From contig CM039005.1 of NCBI GenBank assembly GCA_017499595.2, positions 1,984,001-2,048,000 on the forward strand: DNA of 64,000 nucleotides, given 5' to 3'. Source of the DNA: Psilocybe cubensis (Eukaryota). Position numbers and translations under genes: made by a program. Under the pieces are notes generated by a model that ran no database searches, was not told where the DNA came from, and saw only the letters and a program-made list of their open reading frames with translations. Positions 49,815-62,736 of this stretch are shown here, piece after piece (the first letter of the stretch is position 1; every line of letters begins with the position of its first letter).

Positions 49815-50319
49815 TTACTTAGGCCGCCTCAATGGCATATTGCGGTCCTCCACAGACTTGCCGGAGATTGGTTCATTTTTAATGTTTGTACATGCCAATA
49901 AGTTCTCTGAACTTCCTTCTGGGAGTTGGAGGCAAAAACAATCTTTAGAATCATAAAGACTTTAGAGAAGTTACCCAAGGAACTTACTACCGCGGTCAAC
50001 TGAAAGTAGCGCAATACTTGCCTCGTTTTGCATCGCCAACTCAGGATCCCTTCAGAAAATCTGCCTAAATAGAAGAACCTGGCACCTCTAGAGAATTTTT
50101 GTCCACGTCAGTCATCACAAATGAAAAGTAATTATAAAGGACGGTGAACACTAAACATAACATGGAAGTTTCTGATTTGTTGTCCTGAATCATCATTCTA
50201 GAAGTGGCACATTATGTGTTCCCTACACACACAAATATTCAAGCTCCGACTGTATCACCTCCAAACTATTCCCAGGAGTTGTTGTAATCCACCATCGTCT
50301 TAACTTACTGGCAGCTCGC

Positions 50320-51785
50320 ATGTATCTACCCAAATTCCCAAGAATCGTTCAAATAGACTCTCCTCTTGAGAACCTCATCTGGACAATTCGTCTACTGCGT
50401 AGGGAAGAACCATTTCCTGAGTCACACCGGGAGATATCTTGCAAAAAACTTACACTAGAGGCGTACATGAAGGCAGTTCGTACATGGGAATTCATGTCAC
50501 CCTTCTTTGCTTCCCGAGGCTACAATCTTCACACAAAAGATCCAAAATCGGATTATTTGCTTCCTATACCAATGCACAGAGATCCAGAGAGCAATTCGTA
50601 TCCATTTGCTCGAGTGATTCCTAGCAACAAAGAATACTTTTTCTGGGGCGTGGGTGATTTAGCCATTGGTTCTGTTTCATACGCTTATACCTTTATAAGT
50701 CACCTACTTTATGGGGTGCGCGAGATAGGCTCGGAAGAGACGTCGTCATAAAGTAAGCAAAGATCCTTAATAGTAGTATTGCATCCACATTAAATACAAT
50801 AATTAATAGTAAAACATTACAGGATGATATCTGATGTCTCTTCTCCCTCCCACGAACTACGAGCATTACAACGGCTAAATCGCAAAGACCTTTACTCCGA
50901 TCCCTACAATCACACGATTCCTGTACTGGATTTCTTAACGTTTGATAACCTGGTATTCGTTGTTATGCCCAGGTAACACCTTATTCTACGTATCACTTCC
51001 GTCACTTATCGTTATAGATGGGAGGATGCTTTCATCGCCGAATTCACGATAGTGATGGAATTGATGGAAGTCACTAAAGCCTTCCTCGAAGTACTACCGT
51101 AAATTATGACGCTTCAACATTTTTTGCTCATCCGTCATCAGATGTTTGTTTTTCTACACAGGAACAAAATTGTCCATCTGGATTTCCTCTGCCAGAATAC
51201 ATCGATGAACGTTATTTTGGACAACCATGAATTATATAATGCGAAAGACTTGCGACGTCTGGGGGAAGTCAAATATGCGCTTATCGATTTTGGAAACGCT
51301 GTGGTATACCCTGAGGACACTGTAATCGAAAACGTGGTTGCCACTCGTCCTCTCAACTACTGGCTACGTGAACTCCCCAAGGTGGAAGGCCCATACAATC
51401 CATTCAAAGCCGATATAGCATTCTTGGGAGCGGAGCTAGAATACAAAGTTAGGGTAACTACTTTATGCTGGTGAAACCGTACTTTATCTCCCCTGATAAC
51501 CATTTACACAGCATATTGAACATATTGTTCCTGATCTTGGACCATTTTTCGGCAATTTAAAAGGCATGATGGACGATACGCAATTTACTGCTCACCAAGC
51601 GCTATCCCGTTTCCTGGAAATTTATGACGGCTTGACTCCTGAACAGCTTCAAATGCCTGTGGTGACGACAGCCTGGAGAAACGGTAAGCAACAGGTAGTT
51701 TCCCTGGCCGCCTTGATATTTCTTTTTTGACATATTGGATTCAGGTAAATTGACGTACAAGAAGCCATGGCCCTCAAAACAGTAG
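50320..51785 (+). CDS. Atypical protein kinase, AgaK1-like, array copy 2
   Basis: Same exon structure and motifs as copy 1 (HLDFLCQN, IDFG). Confidence 0.85.
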
Positions 51786-52464
51786 CAATATGCTTAGACC
51801 GTCTTTTCCTGGTATATTTCATTACATTCAGAAGCGTGAACTTTGAGCCTGGGGTTTCGGTATTGGTATTGAAACCATTTTCTTTCTAATGCCAGTGGCT
51901 AAGTAGTATACTGTAACTCTTGGAATAAACAACACATATTACATGTTGAATACAGCGAACAAGTTTCCTTGGGCCCATGGGGCCAGGTTCAAAAGCTTAA
52001 AGTGTTTCTAAATTGTAGAGTCATTGATAATCAGTAAATTTTCGAGCGTCATGCGCAGTCTAGCATCATTAACGAGAGGGTGATCAGTTGTTCGGATTGG
52101 ACACTGATTCGGATCTCGCAATCCTGTGCCCCGTTCTACATGAGATTTAGTACATATATTCTAATATATACTGTCTGCATGAAAATAAAAATGAAAATCA
52201 CAGAAAACGAATAGAAAATGGATAAAACGAATGAATGTCCAAACTGACTCTCAATCACCCCATCAATCTGAGTTAACAAGCGGCATCGCGTTACTATAAG
52301 CGGCCATGGTCGGCACGATTCGGAGTTGTAATTTTTGCTGATGACCAATGGTAAGACTAAGCGACCGTCAATCCGAATGAAATCCGAACAACTGATCATC
52401 CATGAGTATTATGGCCCCGCTGCAAATGCTGATCATTGTCTCCACAGGTCTTCTTTCATTGTAT

Positions 52465-53967
52465 ATGATGATGTATCATCTTCCACTCCGCATTCGCATC
52501 GTCAAACTTAATTCCCCTTGGCAAAGTTTGTTCTGGACATTCCGATTGCTACGCTGGAAACACAAGTTCCCTTCTTCTTACAAAGAGATGCAATGGACAG
52601 GAAATCCTTCCACGGAGCTGTATATGCAAACCGTGCATACTTGGCAGTTTCTAGCACCGTTCTTTGCCTCCAAAGGTTACAGATTACACACCAAATCAAA
52701 AAAGTTTGAAGATCTCATTCCTGAGCCATTACCTCCTCATCCGAAGAGGAGCGTTCACCCCTTTGGAAGATTCATTCCCAGTAACGATATCAACTTCGCC
52801 TGGTATGTGAGTAATGAAGTATTGGCCACTGTTGGATGTCAAGATCCTTATGTGGTTCCTTAGACGCCCTTACTTTGGGCAGCACGCGACTCCAAGGGCA
52901 GAGATGTTGTCATTAAGTAAATATTCTTCTTGAAATTTCAAGGTCTCAGAAATCTCATTGCTGGGCATTGTTCAGATTGATATCTGACGTCTCAAAGTCG
53001 TCGGATGAATTCATTGTCATGCAGCATTTGAACAGCAAAGAACTACGCGAAGACCCCTTTAACCATTGCATCCCTGTTCTTGAATTTATATCCTTTGATA
53101 ACTTACAGTTTGTTGTCATGCCTAGGTGAGCATTATGTTACTCTGATATGGATAGCACTAGAAGGTTTTGACTGTCCAAAGGTGGGATAATGCATTCCTT
53201 CCTGACTTTGATACTGTGGCAGAATTAATGGAAATTTCAAAGGCATTTTTTGAGGTAATTTTTGCTACTTAAAGATAGAAGAGCACAAATTGATGAGTCC
53301 GGGCCATTCAGATGTTTGACTTTCTCCATAGAAACAGGATTGTTCACCTTGATTTCTTGGATCAGAACACGGGAATGAATGTTGTATGCGGCTTTATGGA
53401 ATTGTTAATGGCAAAAGGATTGCGAAATCCTGCCGATGTACGCTATGCTTTGCTTGATTTTGGCGCTTCCAAGATATACTCTAGTGATTCTTCAACCCAT
53501 GAAGTGATGATGGAACGGCGCTTCAATTTTCGAGCACGTGGGCTTCCAACCATAGAAGGTCCGTGTAATCCCTTCAAAGTCGACATAGCCTTCTTGGGTG
53601 CTGCGCTCCAGAAGTATATCAGGGTAAGCGTCCAGCTTGTGACAAAATTATATATATGATTACTGATAGTTTCGTCCAATGGTTGATATGTACATAGCAT
53701 ATTGAGAACATCGTTCCTGAACTGGGACCTTTCTTTGACCAGATGGTGACTATGTCGGACGAGCAGTTTACCGCCAACCAAGCATACTCGAGATTTCTAG
53801 AAATATATAATGCTTTAACTCCGACACAAAGCCAGGCACCAGTAATCGCGAGACTTTGGAATAGAGGTTTTTTGTATATCCTATTACTCAGATTTACTTT
53901 TCTTAAAAGTTTGTCACTTTGTACAGGAAAACTGACATATAAATCGGGCTTTGGTCGGAAAGTGTAG
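52465..53967 (+). CDS. Atypical protein kinase, AgaK1-like, array copy 3 (most divergent)
   Basis: DPFNHCIPVLEF, IVHLDFLDQN, LLDFG and CNPFKVDIAFLG motifs. Same intron positions as the other copies. Confidence 0.85.
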
Positions 53968-54374
53968 ATTCTGCCTTTTGCTTGTGGATGCTATTCGAAA
54001 TTCTTTTGTCCAAATTTGCCGGCCAAAGCATTGCTTTAAATATGAGTCATATAAGAAATAGGCGGTTTACCGTGCAAAAATAGTAACGACTCTTCTTAAA
54101 GTTCAAATGAATCTCTTCGCCATTGTTCTTTTTGGAGTAACTTTCTTTTTATAAGTTCTAGAACGGATTCTTTCAGTTTCCAGTTACTTTTGGATACTAT
54201 CTGTTAGAAAGGCTTTTCACCAAACTTCTCAGATCTTGCCGGTATTGTGCTATGTATCCTTTACCTTTTTTGCCGCCCCAGGCCGAGTCCCCATCGTCGG
54301 AGTTATACACATCTTTAAGCTCAGTCAAACAATACATCTTTAAATCCTAACAATCACCGTTGCCCTTATACATC

Positions 54375-55812
54375 ATGTATCTCCCTGAAATCAGAGTCAT
54401 TCAATTGGACTCCCCTATAGAAAGCCTGGTTTGGACTATTCGCCACCTTCGCAGAGGAGAAGCCTTTCCCAAGTCCCACGAAGAGGTATCTATCAAAAAG
54501 ATCACCAAAGAAGCATACTTCAGGGCAGTGCGTATTTGGGAATTCATGGCACCGTTCTTTGCTTCCAGGGGCTACCGTCTACACACGAAAGATACGAAAT
54601 CGGACTACATGTTTCCTGCTCCGCTTCCCAAACACCCAGAGACAACATATCCATTTGCCCGACTTGTTCATAATAAACATGACCGTTTCTTCTGGGGCGT
54701 GAGTAAGTGAGATTTTTATGCCAAAAGTAACAGGCCTAATGCATTTGCTTAAAGTCTCCCACCATATGGGGTGCGCGAGATCAATTTGGAAGGGACGTGG
54801 TGATAAAGTAAGCGCGCCCTCTGCATAGTAAGACATCATTTGACGGTGTTATATTTCAATAGAATGATTTCTGATCTGTCTTGTCCATCACAAGAGCTAC
54901 GGGCCTTGCAAAGGTTGAATTCCAAAAACCTTCGCTCCGACCCTTATAACCACTCCATTCCCGTACTGGATTTCTTAACATTTGATAATCTGGTTTTTGT
55001 GGTTATGCCCAGGTAATACTTGCTTCCTTTATCCACAGCTTGAAGGACTTATTACCACAGATGGGAAGATGCCTTCACCGCTGAATTCGAGATAGTGATA
55101 GAATTAATGGAAATCACTAAAGCCTTTCTTGAAGTACTACCCTGGATCATACTAGTTGATTGTTTATGCTCAATCATTTACAGATGTTCGTCCTTCTTCA
55201 CAAGAACAAAATTGTGCATTTGGATTTTCTCTGCCAGAATACGTCGATGAACGTGATCTTAGACGATTATGAATTATTAAAGACGAAAGGCTTGCGACGT
55301 CCTGGAGAAGTCAAATATGCACTCATCGATTTTGGAAACGCTGTGGTATACCCCGAGGACACTGTAATCAAAAACGTTGTTGCGACTCGCCCTCTCAACT
55401 ATTGGCTGCGCAGCCTCCCAGAGATAGAAGGTCCATACAATCCATTCAAAGCCGATATCGCCTTCTTGGGATCACAGATGGAATACAAAGTCAGGGTAAC
55501 TAGTTTCTTGAGAAATCATTCTTTATCTCTACTAATAACTAGTTACAGCATATCGAAAATATTATTCCTGAAATTGGCCCATTTTTTGACAATTTAAAGG
55601 GTATGATGGACGACACACAATTTACGGCGCTTCAGGCGTTGTCCCGTTTTCTGGAAATCTACGAAAGCTTAACACCAGAACAGCTTCAAACACCTTTGGT
55701 GACCAAAGCCTGGAAAAATGGTGAGCACCCGGTGGTTTCCTTGTTTCCTCAGTATTTCTGATTTGATACATTCGACGCAGGAGAATTGATATACAAGACA
55801 CCATGGCCCTAG
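54375..55812 (+). CDS. Atypical protein kinase, AgaK1-like, array copy 4
   Basis: Same exon structure. The central part is nearly identical to copy 1. Confidence 0.85.
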
Positions 55813-56312
55813 TACCGCTAGTTCTGATTCTGTACTTTTTTTGACGTAATGCAGTACTTTCATCGATTTGAATGACTGTAGTGCTGCGCAGTTGGTCTTT
55901 TAAAATATGTCGTCTAAGTTTTAGTGTGTATGAAAGACTGATAAGACGCGACGGGTAAGTTTTGCCAGTGGTTAAGTTTGATTGTCGACAGTTGTAAGTA
56001 GCAGTCTTATTAAATTTTGCCGCGGACCACTCAGGATTGACCGTAACACATGAACTACCTCCTGGGAATCATAATGTATGAATTTTTTGCCTCCGCTGGT
56101 GGAGTACCTGACCAGCAGGGATTTGTTCCAGCTCTGCGCTCGGCTCGTTGTCAAGTCGTTGTTGGTTCAATTACTCGGGCACTCTCGGCATCGTTGCCGA
56201 TTGCATTCGGCATTCAGTCTCCGACAGTTCGATCCTATCATCCCAGTAAACACAAGCGTTGTTTAATTTCGAGTTGGTTCACACTATCTTGCATTTGTTA
56301 TCGATAATTGTC

Positions 56313-57744
56313 ATGTATTTACTCGCAATCCCAAGAATCATTCAAATGGACTCGCCATTCGAAAAACTACTCTGGACATTGCGACACATATATAGGAAAG
56401 AAGCCTTCCCTGTGTCTCACCGAGAGATATCTTGCGCAGATGTCAACCGGGAGTCATACTTCAAGGCAGTACGCACGTGGGAGTTTCTTGCATCTTTCTT
56501 TGCTTCAAGAGGTTACAATCCTCATACCAAGGACCCAAAATCAGATTATCTGCTTCCAGTCCCAGACTTGAAGCACCCAGAGGATACTACGTACCCATTT
56601 GCTCGATTTATTCCTGGTAAATATAACGACTTTTTTTGGGGAGTAAGTGTTTTTTTGAAATCCCCTCTTGCTCATCATTCTCATATGTCTGCTTAAGGCC
56701 CCATCATTATGGGCTGCACGAGATAAGCTCGGACGAGATGTCGTGATAAAGTAAGACATAATGACCATACTAAATACGTTCTATAACGTCAATACACCAC
56801 AGGATGATTTCCGATGTTTCTTGTCCGTCTCAAGAGTTGAGAGCCTTACAACGATTAAATTCGAAAGATCTTCGCTCCGATCCCTTGAATCACACCATTC
56901 CTGTTCTAGACTTTTTAACTTTTGACAATCTGGTTTTTGTTGTCATGCCCAGGTAACGCCTTGTCCGTACATCTATGATTAACCTTATCTTCTATCCAGA
57001 TGGAATGGTGCTTTTGAGCCAGAGTTTGAGGTTGTGGAAGAGTTGTTAGAAATGACGAAGGTCTGCCTCGAGGTATTGATTCGTTTAATCATTTGTGGGA
57101 TAACCATTAGGCTAATTAACTATCAGGCATTCGTGTTTTTGCACAGAAATAGGATAGTACATCTGGATTTCCTCGGCCAAAATACCTCAATGAATGTCAT
57201 TTTGGACGATCGTGAACCCATTACACAAAGAGGCCTGCGGCGCCCTGGGGAAGTCCGATATGCTCTAATAGACTTCGGTAACGCTATAGTGTTTCCTGAG
57301 GATACTATTATAGAAAACGTCATTGCAACTCGTCCTCTTAATTATTGGCTGCGCGATCTCCCTAAGATAGACGGCGCATACAATCCATTCAAAGCCGATA
57401 TTGCATTCTTGGGAGCGGAGCTGGAATACAAAGTCAGGGTAAATATCATTAGTAGGACCATGCGTTATATGTACTAAAGCTAGTTTAAACAGCATATCGA
57501 AAATATCATCCCTGAACTCGGCCCATTTTTCGAAAATCTAAAGAGCATGATGGACGATACACAATTTACAGCTCCCCAGGCTCTGTTCCGTTTCCTAGAA
57601 ATTTACAACAACCTAACTCCTGAACAACTGCAAATGCCTGTGGTGACGCGAACGTGGAGAAACGGTGAGTATCATCATTATCCTTCCGTCTTGCTGTTTT
57701 GACAATGTGTAGGAAAGTTGACGTACAAGCGCCCGCAAAATTAG
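56313..57744 (+). CDS. Atypical protein kinase, AgaK1-like, array copy 5
   Basis: DPLNHTIPVLDF, IVHLDFLGQN, LIDFG and YNPFKADIAFLG motifs. Confidence 0.85.
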
Positions 57745-57978
57745 TGTAGGCTTATATTATTTCTTCCCACACGATTACTTTCAAAAGCTCAGAGCATGGG
57801 ATTTCGGAGTAAAAAGGACGTTTTCCAAATACTTGCAGTCTATCAAAGACTGGCCAGGCAGATTTTTAAGTTGACCAACCTACTCATCTTGAAGTTTGAT
57901 AGATAAAGTCGGACACACTTTGTCTCACCGAGATTTTCTTCTGTTAGTTTGCGTTGAGATCTTGCGGAGAAAGGTAGA

Positions 57979-58803
57979 ATGTACTCAAACGCGTTCATTC
58001 CGTCTGGCCACGGTTCAGCATCTAGAGCGCGCGCCCATGTCGTACACTACACCAACTGCATCAGAGATGCACCCATGGACCCGGCGTACCATCCTTCAAA
58101 CATCGGAAACGTTGTATCTCATCTCCTTTCCGAAACATTTGGCTGTCGGTTCAAGGCCTCAGATTCCGACATCAACGCTCAAACAGATTTCTCAGATTAT
58201 GTCGAGAGTCTGCTAAGCGCGACTAAGCTTCCGTTCCGTGTCACTGTTGCGTCGATCATTCTGCTACAGCGCCTATACACGCGGTTACCTGATGAGGTAT
58301 TTGAGCTACGGAAGCACTTTTCGCCGTATCAGCTATTCACAGGGGCGTACATCGTCGCTGCCAAGCAATATACCCACTTTCGACTGGGCCTCGACATATG
58401 TCGTTTGATCATGCACTCGGAATCTGAGGAACCAACATTCGAAAGGGACGGTGTAACAGCGGCGGTGCTCATGTCCAACGAATACTGGGCGAAACGGACC
58501 TCCTATTCCGTGCAAGACGTTAAGAAGATTCAGAGACAGTTCATCGTTGCACTGGGTGGTGGCGTGGTGGTATTCCCAGTCAAGGAAGTCAAAACCCAAG
58601 AGGTTCTGAAGCAGCTGAAGTCACTATCCATCCGACGACGCCTTCCATCAGACCGCCAACATTTTGGAACATCTCCATATTGCGGAATAGGACTGAAAAA
58701 CCTGGGCCATATGACTGCAGAAGAGCACAAAGTATACTTTGAGTTCCTAGGGCAGAGACTGCCATTCATTGGATCTCCAATAGAGGTGCAGGTTCGCCTT
58801 TGA
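57979..58803 (+). CDS. Intronless Pho80/Pcl-like cyclin-fold protein
   Basis: Cyclin-box pattern FSDYVESLLSATKLPFRVTVASIILLQRL...YQLFTGAYIVAAK...SNEYWAKRTSYSVQDVKKIQRQFIVALG. Confidence 0.75.
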   Translation: MYSNAFIPSGHGSASRARAHVVHYTNCIRDAPMDPAYHPSNIGNVVSHLLSETFGCRFKASDSDINAQTDFSDYVESLLSATKLPFRVTVASIILLQRLYTRLPDEVFELRKHFSPYQLFTGAYIVAAKQYTHFRLGLDICRLIMHSESEEPTFERDGVTAAVLMSNEYWAKRTSYSVQDVKKIQRQFIVALGGGVVVFPVKEVKTQEVLKQLKSLSIRRRLPSDRQHFGTSPYCGIGLKNLGHMTAEEHKVYFEFLGQRLPFIGSPIEVQVRL

Positions 58804-59036
58804 GATATGGATCTAGTTTATTGGTAGAATGGTCTTCAAGTCGTGAAATCCAGATGATTTAACCGATAGAAATCCCATGATTCTAAGCTTTGATGATCGA
58901 TGTCGTTGAGAAAGAGAAGATAAGGTAAGTATGTTCATAGTACAAACAGGTTTAATAAGAATAGGTTGATGCTGGATGCTGGACATCAAATCCGAGAACG
59001 TTCTGGGAGGCGGTGCAGATAATGTTAAATGGACAA

Positions 59037-62000
59037 CTACCAAGGCGAGCCACGGATACTCGAGCTTCCTGTCAAAGATCCTCCGTTGGTTAGCTATTTA
59101 CGCGCAGAATTAATGATATTGACACGTTTGATGACAATTAAAATTGCCTGACCACTTGAGTGATTTGTTTGTGAACGAGCGCCAAGTCTATGAAACCATG
59201 ATCAACCATTAGAATGTCGAGACGCCTATGGTTACTTTGACTCACAGTCTAAATATGACATTGCACCATTATTTTGATCTTCTACAAGCATATCGCTAAA
59301 TTCGATTTCAGAGGCGTCTAGGTTTTGCCGGGCGATAAAAAGCTTGCTTGCTCGCCCCTTTTCGGCAAATCGATTGGAAAGTATGTTATGAACCTGAGTC
59401 GATAGAGTCGTATTGAGCACAGGAAGTGTATGCTGAGTATCAAAATAAGCTTTGTGTAAGGAGTATACGAGGTGATGAAAAAGACCCTACCATATGTGGA
59501 TCTATAGAGTGGACGTCATCCACACTAAAAAGGTCATTCAGAAGTTGAGGAGATGCACTCGATCCAACCCAAAGGATCATGATATCATCATTATCTGCAG
59601 GATGTTGGTTAAAAACTAAGGCCTCCAGCATGATGTCAAGCGCAAAACATGCCTATAAGGTAGATGCCTCCTGCTTCCATGAAGAAGTAGCTGTTGCGCA
59701 TGCAGAATGGCATGAGAGTCTTTTCAGTTTTGGTTCCATCCTCTTCTGTGACAACTTGTGGTAGTGCAATATGATCATCTAGGTCGTGTAGAGCGAGTAA
59801 ACGGGGATAGAGATAGTGCATAAGTGCCCTGGGAGACATGGAGAGGATATGGTGTACGTGGTAGTTGCGAACGTCAGATGACACCTGACGAGCTGCAGTA
59901 AACAGTAATTGTTTTAATTGTCGAGAGTTTGTGATGAACTGACAACTGCCTACCTTTGAGTGGTTTGGTCTTCTGAAGCGCGAGCGTGAAAGCCGGAAGG
60001 GCACGGAATGCCTCCGGAATAATTAGCTGAACAATTGTGCAATTAGCAGGGGGTGGAAGGTGTCACAAAGTCATTAGATACCTGAGTAGACCGCGTAGCT
60101 GCCGCACACTGAGTTCGATAACCCAAAAGTAGTGAAGCACACTTTTCTGTAAGCTCTTCCCTGATGATAAGAGTCCTCTGTTGGGACATTGTCGACATGG
60201 CTACCGAAAACATTAATTGTAACCATGCAGGGAGCGTTTGGATATGTACCTTCTTTCGCGAAATGAGATAGGACGCTCTCTAGATCTGCATATTGGAAAA
60301 GGCTGCCGGCAAGTTCCACAACGTCCATTGCAAGGTTTATCACTCTGACCCTTCTTTGTCCTTCGACACTCGTATATAAAACGGCGCATTGTAGAAAGGC
60401 ATGCTCTCGAGGTGACAGGGTGCGTGTGTGTTCAAGTTCAACGGAGAACGCCGCGTCGGAGGACATGTTGGCGAATGCGAGCTCATTTGGTGCAGATGTA
60501 TAGAAAGCACCATAGTGAGCTTTGACTTGCAGACCTGTTAAGTTTAGTTAGGTTACATATAGACAGGTAGTTTGGATGCATACACACATCACGAAAGAAA
60601 TTAACGTACCATAGGAAGTCCGTACACGCGCCATACAATTATATCCTTGGCCTCTTGATACAAGCCTTCGCAGCTGACCTTGTACGACGGGCCCATCTCT
60701 CTCCGGAACGAAACGCGGATGCCAAAATACATCGCCGCCTGTGCGGGTCGCAACAATACAAACACTCCCTGTATCCATATATTTGCTTGGCGCCAGCACC
60801 ATGCTCACCGCAACACCATGCTCAGCACACTCTTCAGCAATCGATATCCAAGTGCCAGAACGTGGAGAATGTAATGTTTTTTCTTTATCGGTGTCATACA
60901 GAGCTGTCTCGGCCGGAGGTGTAAGAGGTAGCTCGCCTGCACCAACAGTAGGTAGCGCTGAATGGAAAAGAACCAGATGTCCACCTCTGCCGGCCTTGTA
61001 AAAGAATATAGTCAGGTATGCTATATGAAGAAAAAGAAAAGACATGTACCAGCGCGGCGAGACTGCCGCGAATCATAGAACCCAAACACGAGTCGCTAGA
61101 CGTTGCACCGGCAAATTGCGAAGGTAAACTGTCAATTAGAGATTCTACAGCAGATCTTCGACGTGGGTGTTACTTGACATTCTAGTATTAAAGTCAAAGG
61201 CTTACCTTCGCTCCATAGGATCTACAAATAACCCAAGTTTTGGTAAGAACACCTCATCAAGGTCTGCAACAACAAGCATCTGAGTTATCTCTGACTACGA
61301 CGATTTCCACCCCGAAGTTAATGCGCATTCAGGCTCGTGATAATTTGAAGAACGCACAGCGAGGTCGTAAAAGTGCAACGAGCTATCGAAAGTAGTGATC
61401 GCGAGTCTGCTGGAAGTCGGGTAGCTAGGCTCAATCCCAAGGTCGGGGTTTCCGTAAAGAATAGTTTTCAACGCGACGCAAGAGGCATGAAGAAATCCCG
61501 AAGAGATCGCGTCAATTGATACGTCAAATGCGAAAATGTACGTCAAGGAACACGGGTCCCGTGGGCCTGGTTGCACAGTCTCAACAGAGTAGAATGGCTG
61601 AGCTATGTGAGCCGGAGGATTCTGTGCCCAATATTCTTTAGACGAGGTAACTTCGAAGTCCACCGTTCCCTTGTTCAATTCCGGGCGCTGCATATGGTCT
61701 AGTCTCAGAAAATTGGCGTCCAAATTGCAGAAGTATTCAGGAGTCACTGGAATTAGTGGATGTGAGATATAGAGCACAGTATATGTAAAAATATTGTCGC
61801 GTACCTTCTGTTTCGTGTCCACAAAGATTACATTTCCATCGGATACCGCCTGACATCCATCTACACCATGGGTTGATGTATGACCTACATCGAGCGCATC
61901 GAGGTGGACCCGAAGGCCCCGTTTGAATAACAGGTACTGGCTCTTCGGCAGGACTTTGTTCTGCAAAAGGTTGAAATATGGCAGCTACTGGAACATGGCA

Positions 62001-62389
62001 GTCTGAAACGAGTTTAGAGGTACTGGGCATATTCCATGTCGACACGCGAACAAATTTGGGAGATGAATTGCCTGTACGAAGATAAGCATCACGTAGTATT
62101 CAGATTGTATGCGGCCCAAACGCGCACCCTGATCAACAGCAACAAAATCAGAAGTACAGAGCGGTGCATGGGTTCCTGGTAGCGTTGTATGTGTCTTTGA
62201 TTCCCATACCCGTCGGTCTCTCTCAATAGCATCAATAGGAGATGGAACCTGGGCTGGGTCGATGCGTGGACGCAGACCTAAGCTACAGTGAGATTTGTAA
62301 TTTTGGGATAAAATCTGATGTTAAGCACCTTTATACTGAAGACCAGCTGAATGTGGGGGTTGGGGGATATGATTTGAATGAGTGTACAT
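59037..62389 (-). CDS. SEC24: COPII coat subunit Sec24 (Sec24C/D, Sfb3-like), multi-exon
   Basis: [15 protein letters not shown]...WKCNLC zinc finger, [52 protein letters not shown] and [14 protein letters not shown]. Confidence 0.95.
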
Positions 62390-62682
62390 GTCTAAACTCT
62401 GTCGTCGTGTCCAGCGCTGAATTTCGCGGATGTCCATCATTTGTTTGGATCGGGTAAACATAGTCTTTTGATTATAATAATGGCAGCGCGTCAACGGCGC
62501 GTCTGAAATTATACCAATTGAGACACAATGCACACTCTATGCGTTGGAGAAAGCATATTTAAAAATCATATACATAGAATCAATACATTGATCAATTCCT
62601 TGAATGTAAAGATCGATGTGGTTGGTTGAGTCCTGTACGTAATTTCTTCGTGTGGCTTAGGGGTAGAACCAAACAAGTACCA

Positions 62683-62688
62683 ACGCGT
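62683..62688. promoter_or_regulatory. Possible MCB (MluI cell-cycle box) ACGCGT upstream of MSH6
   Basis: ACGCGT about 50 bp before the MSH6 ATG. MCB elements are typical of fungal G1/S DNA-repair genes, but this is a single short motif. Confidence 0.4.
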
Positions 62689-62736
62689 TTCTGATACTTT
62701 GACCCCGCGACACCTTTTTACTCACCCGCTACCAGT

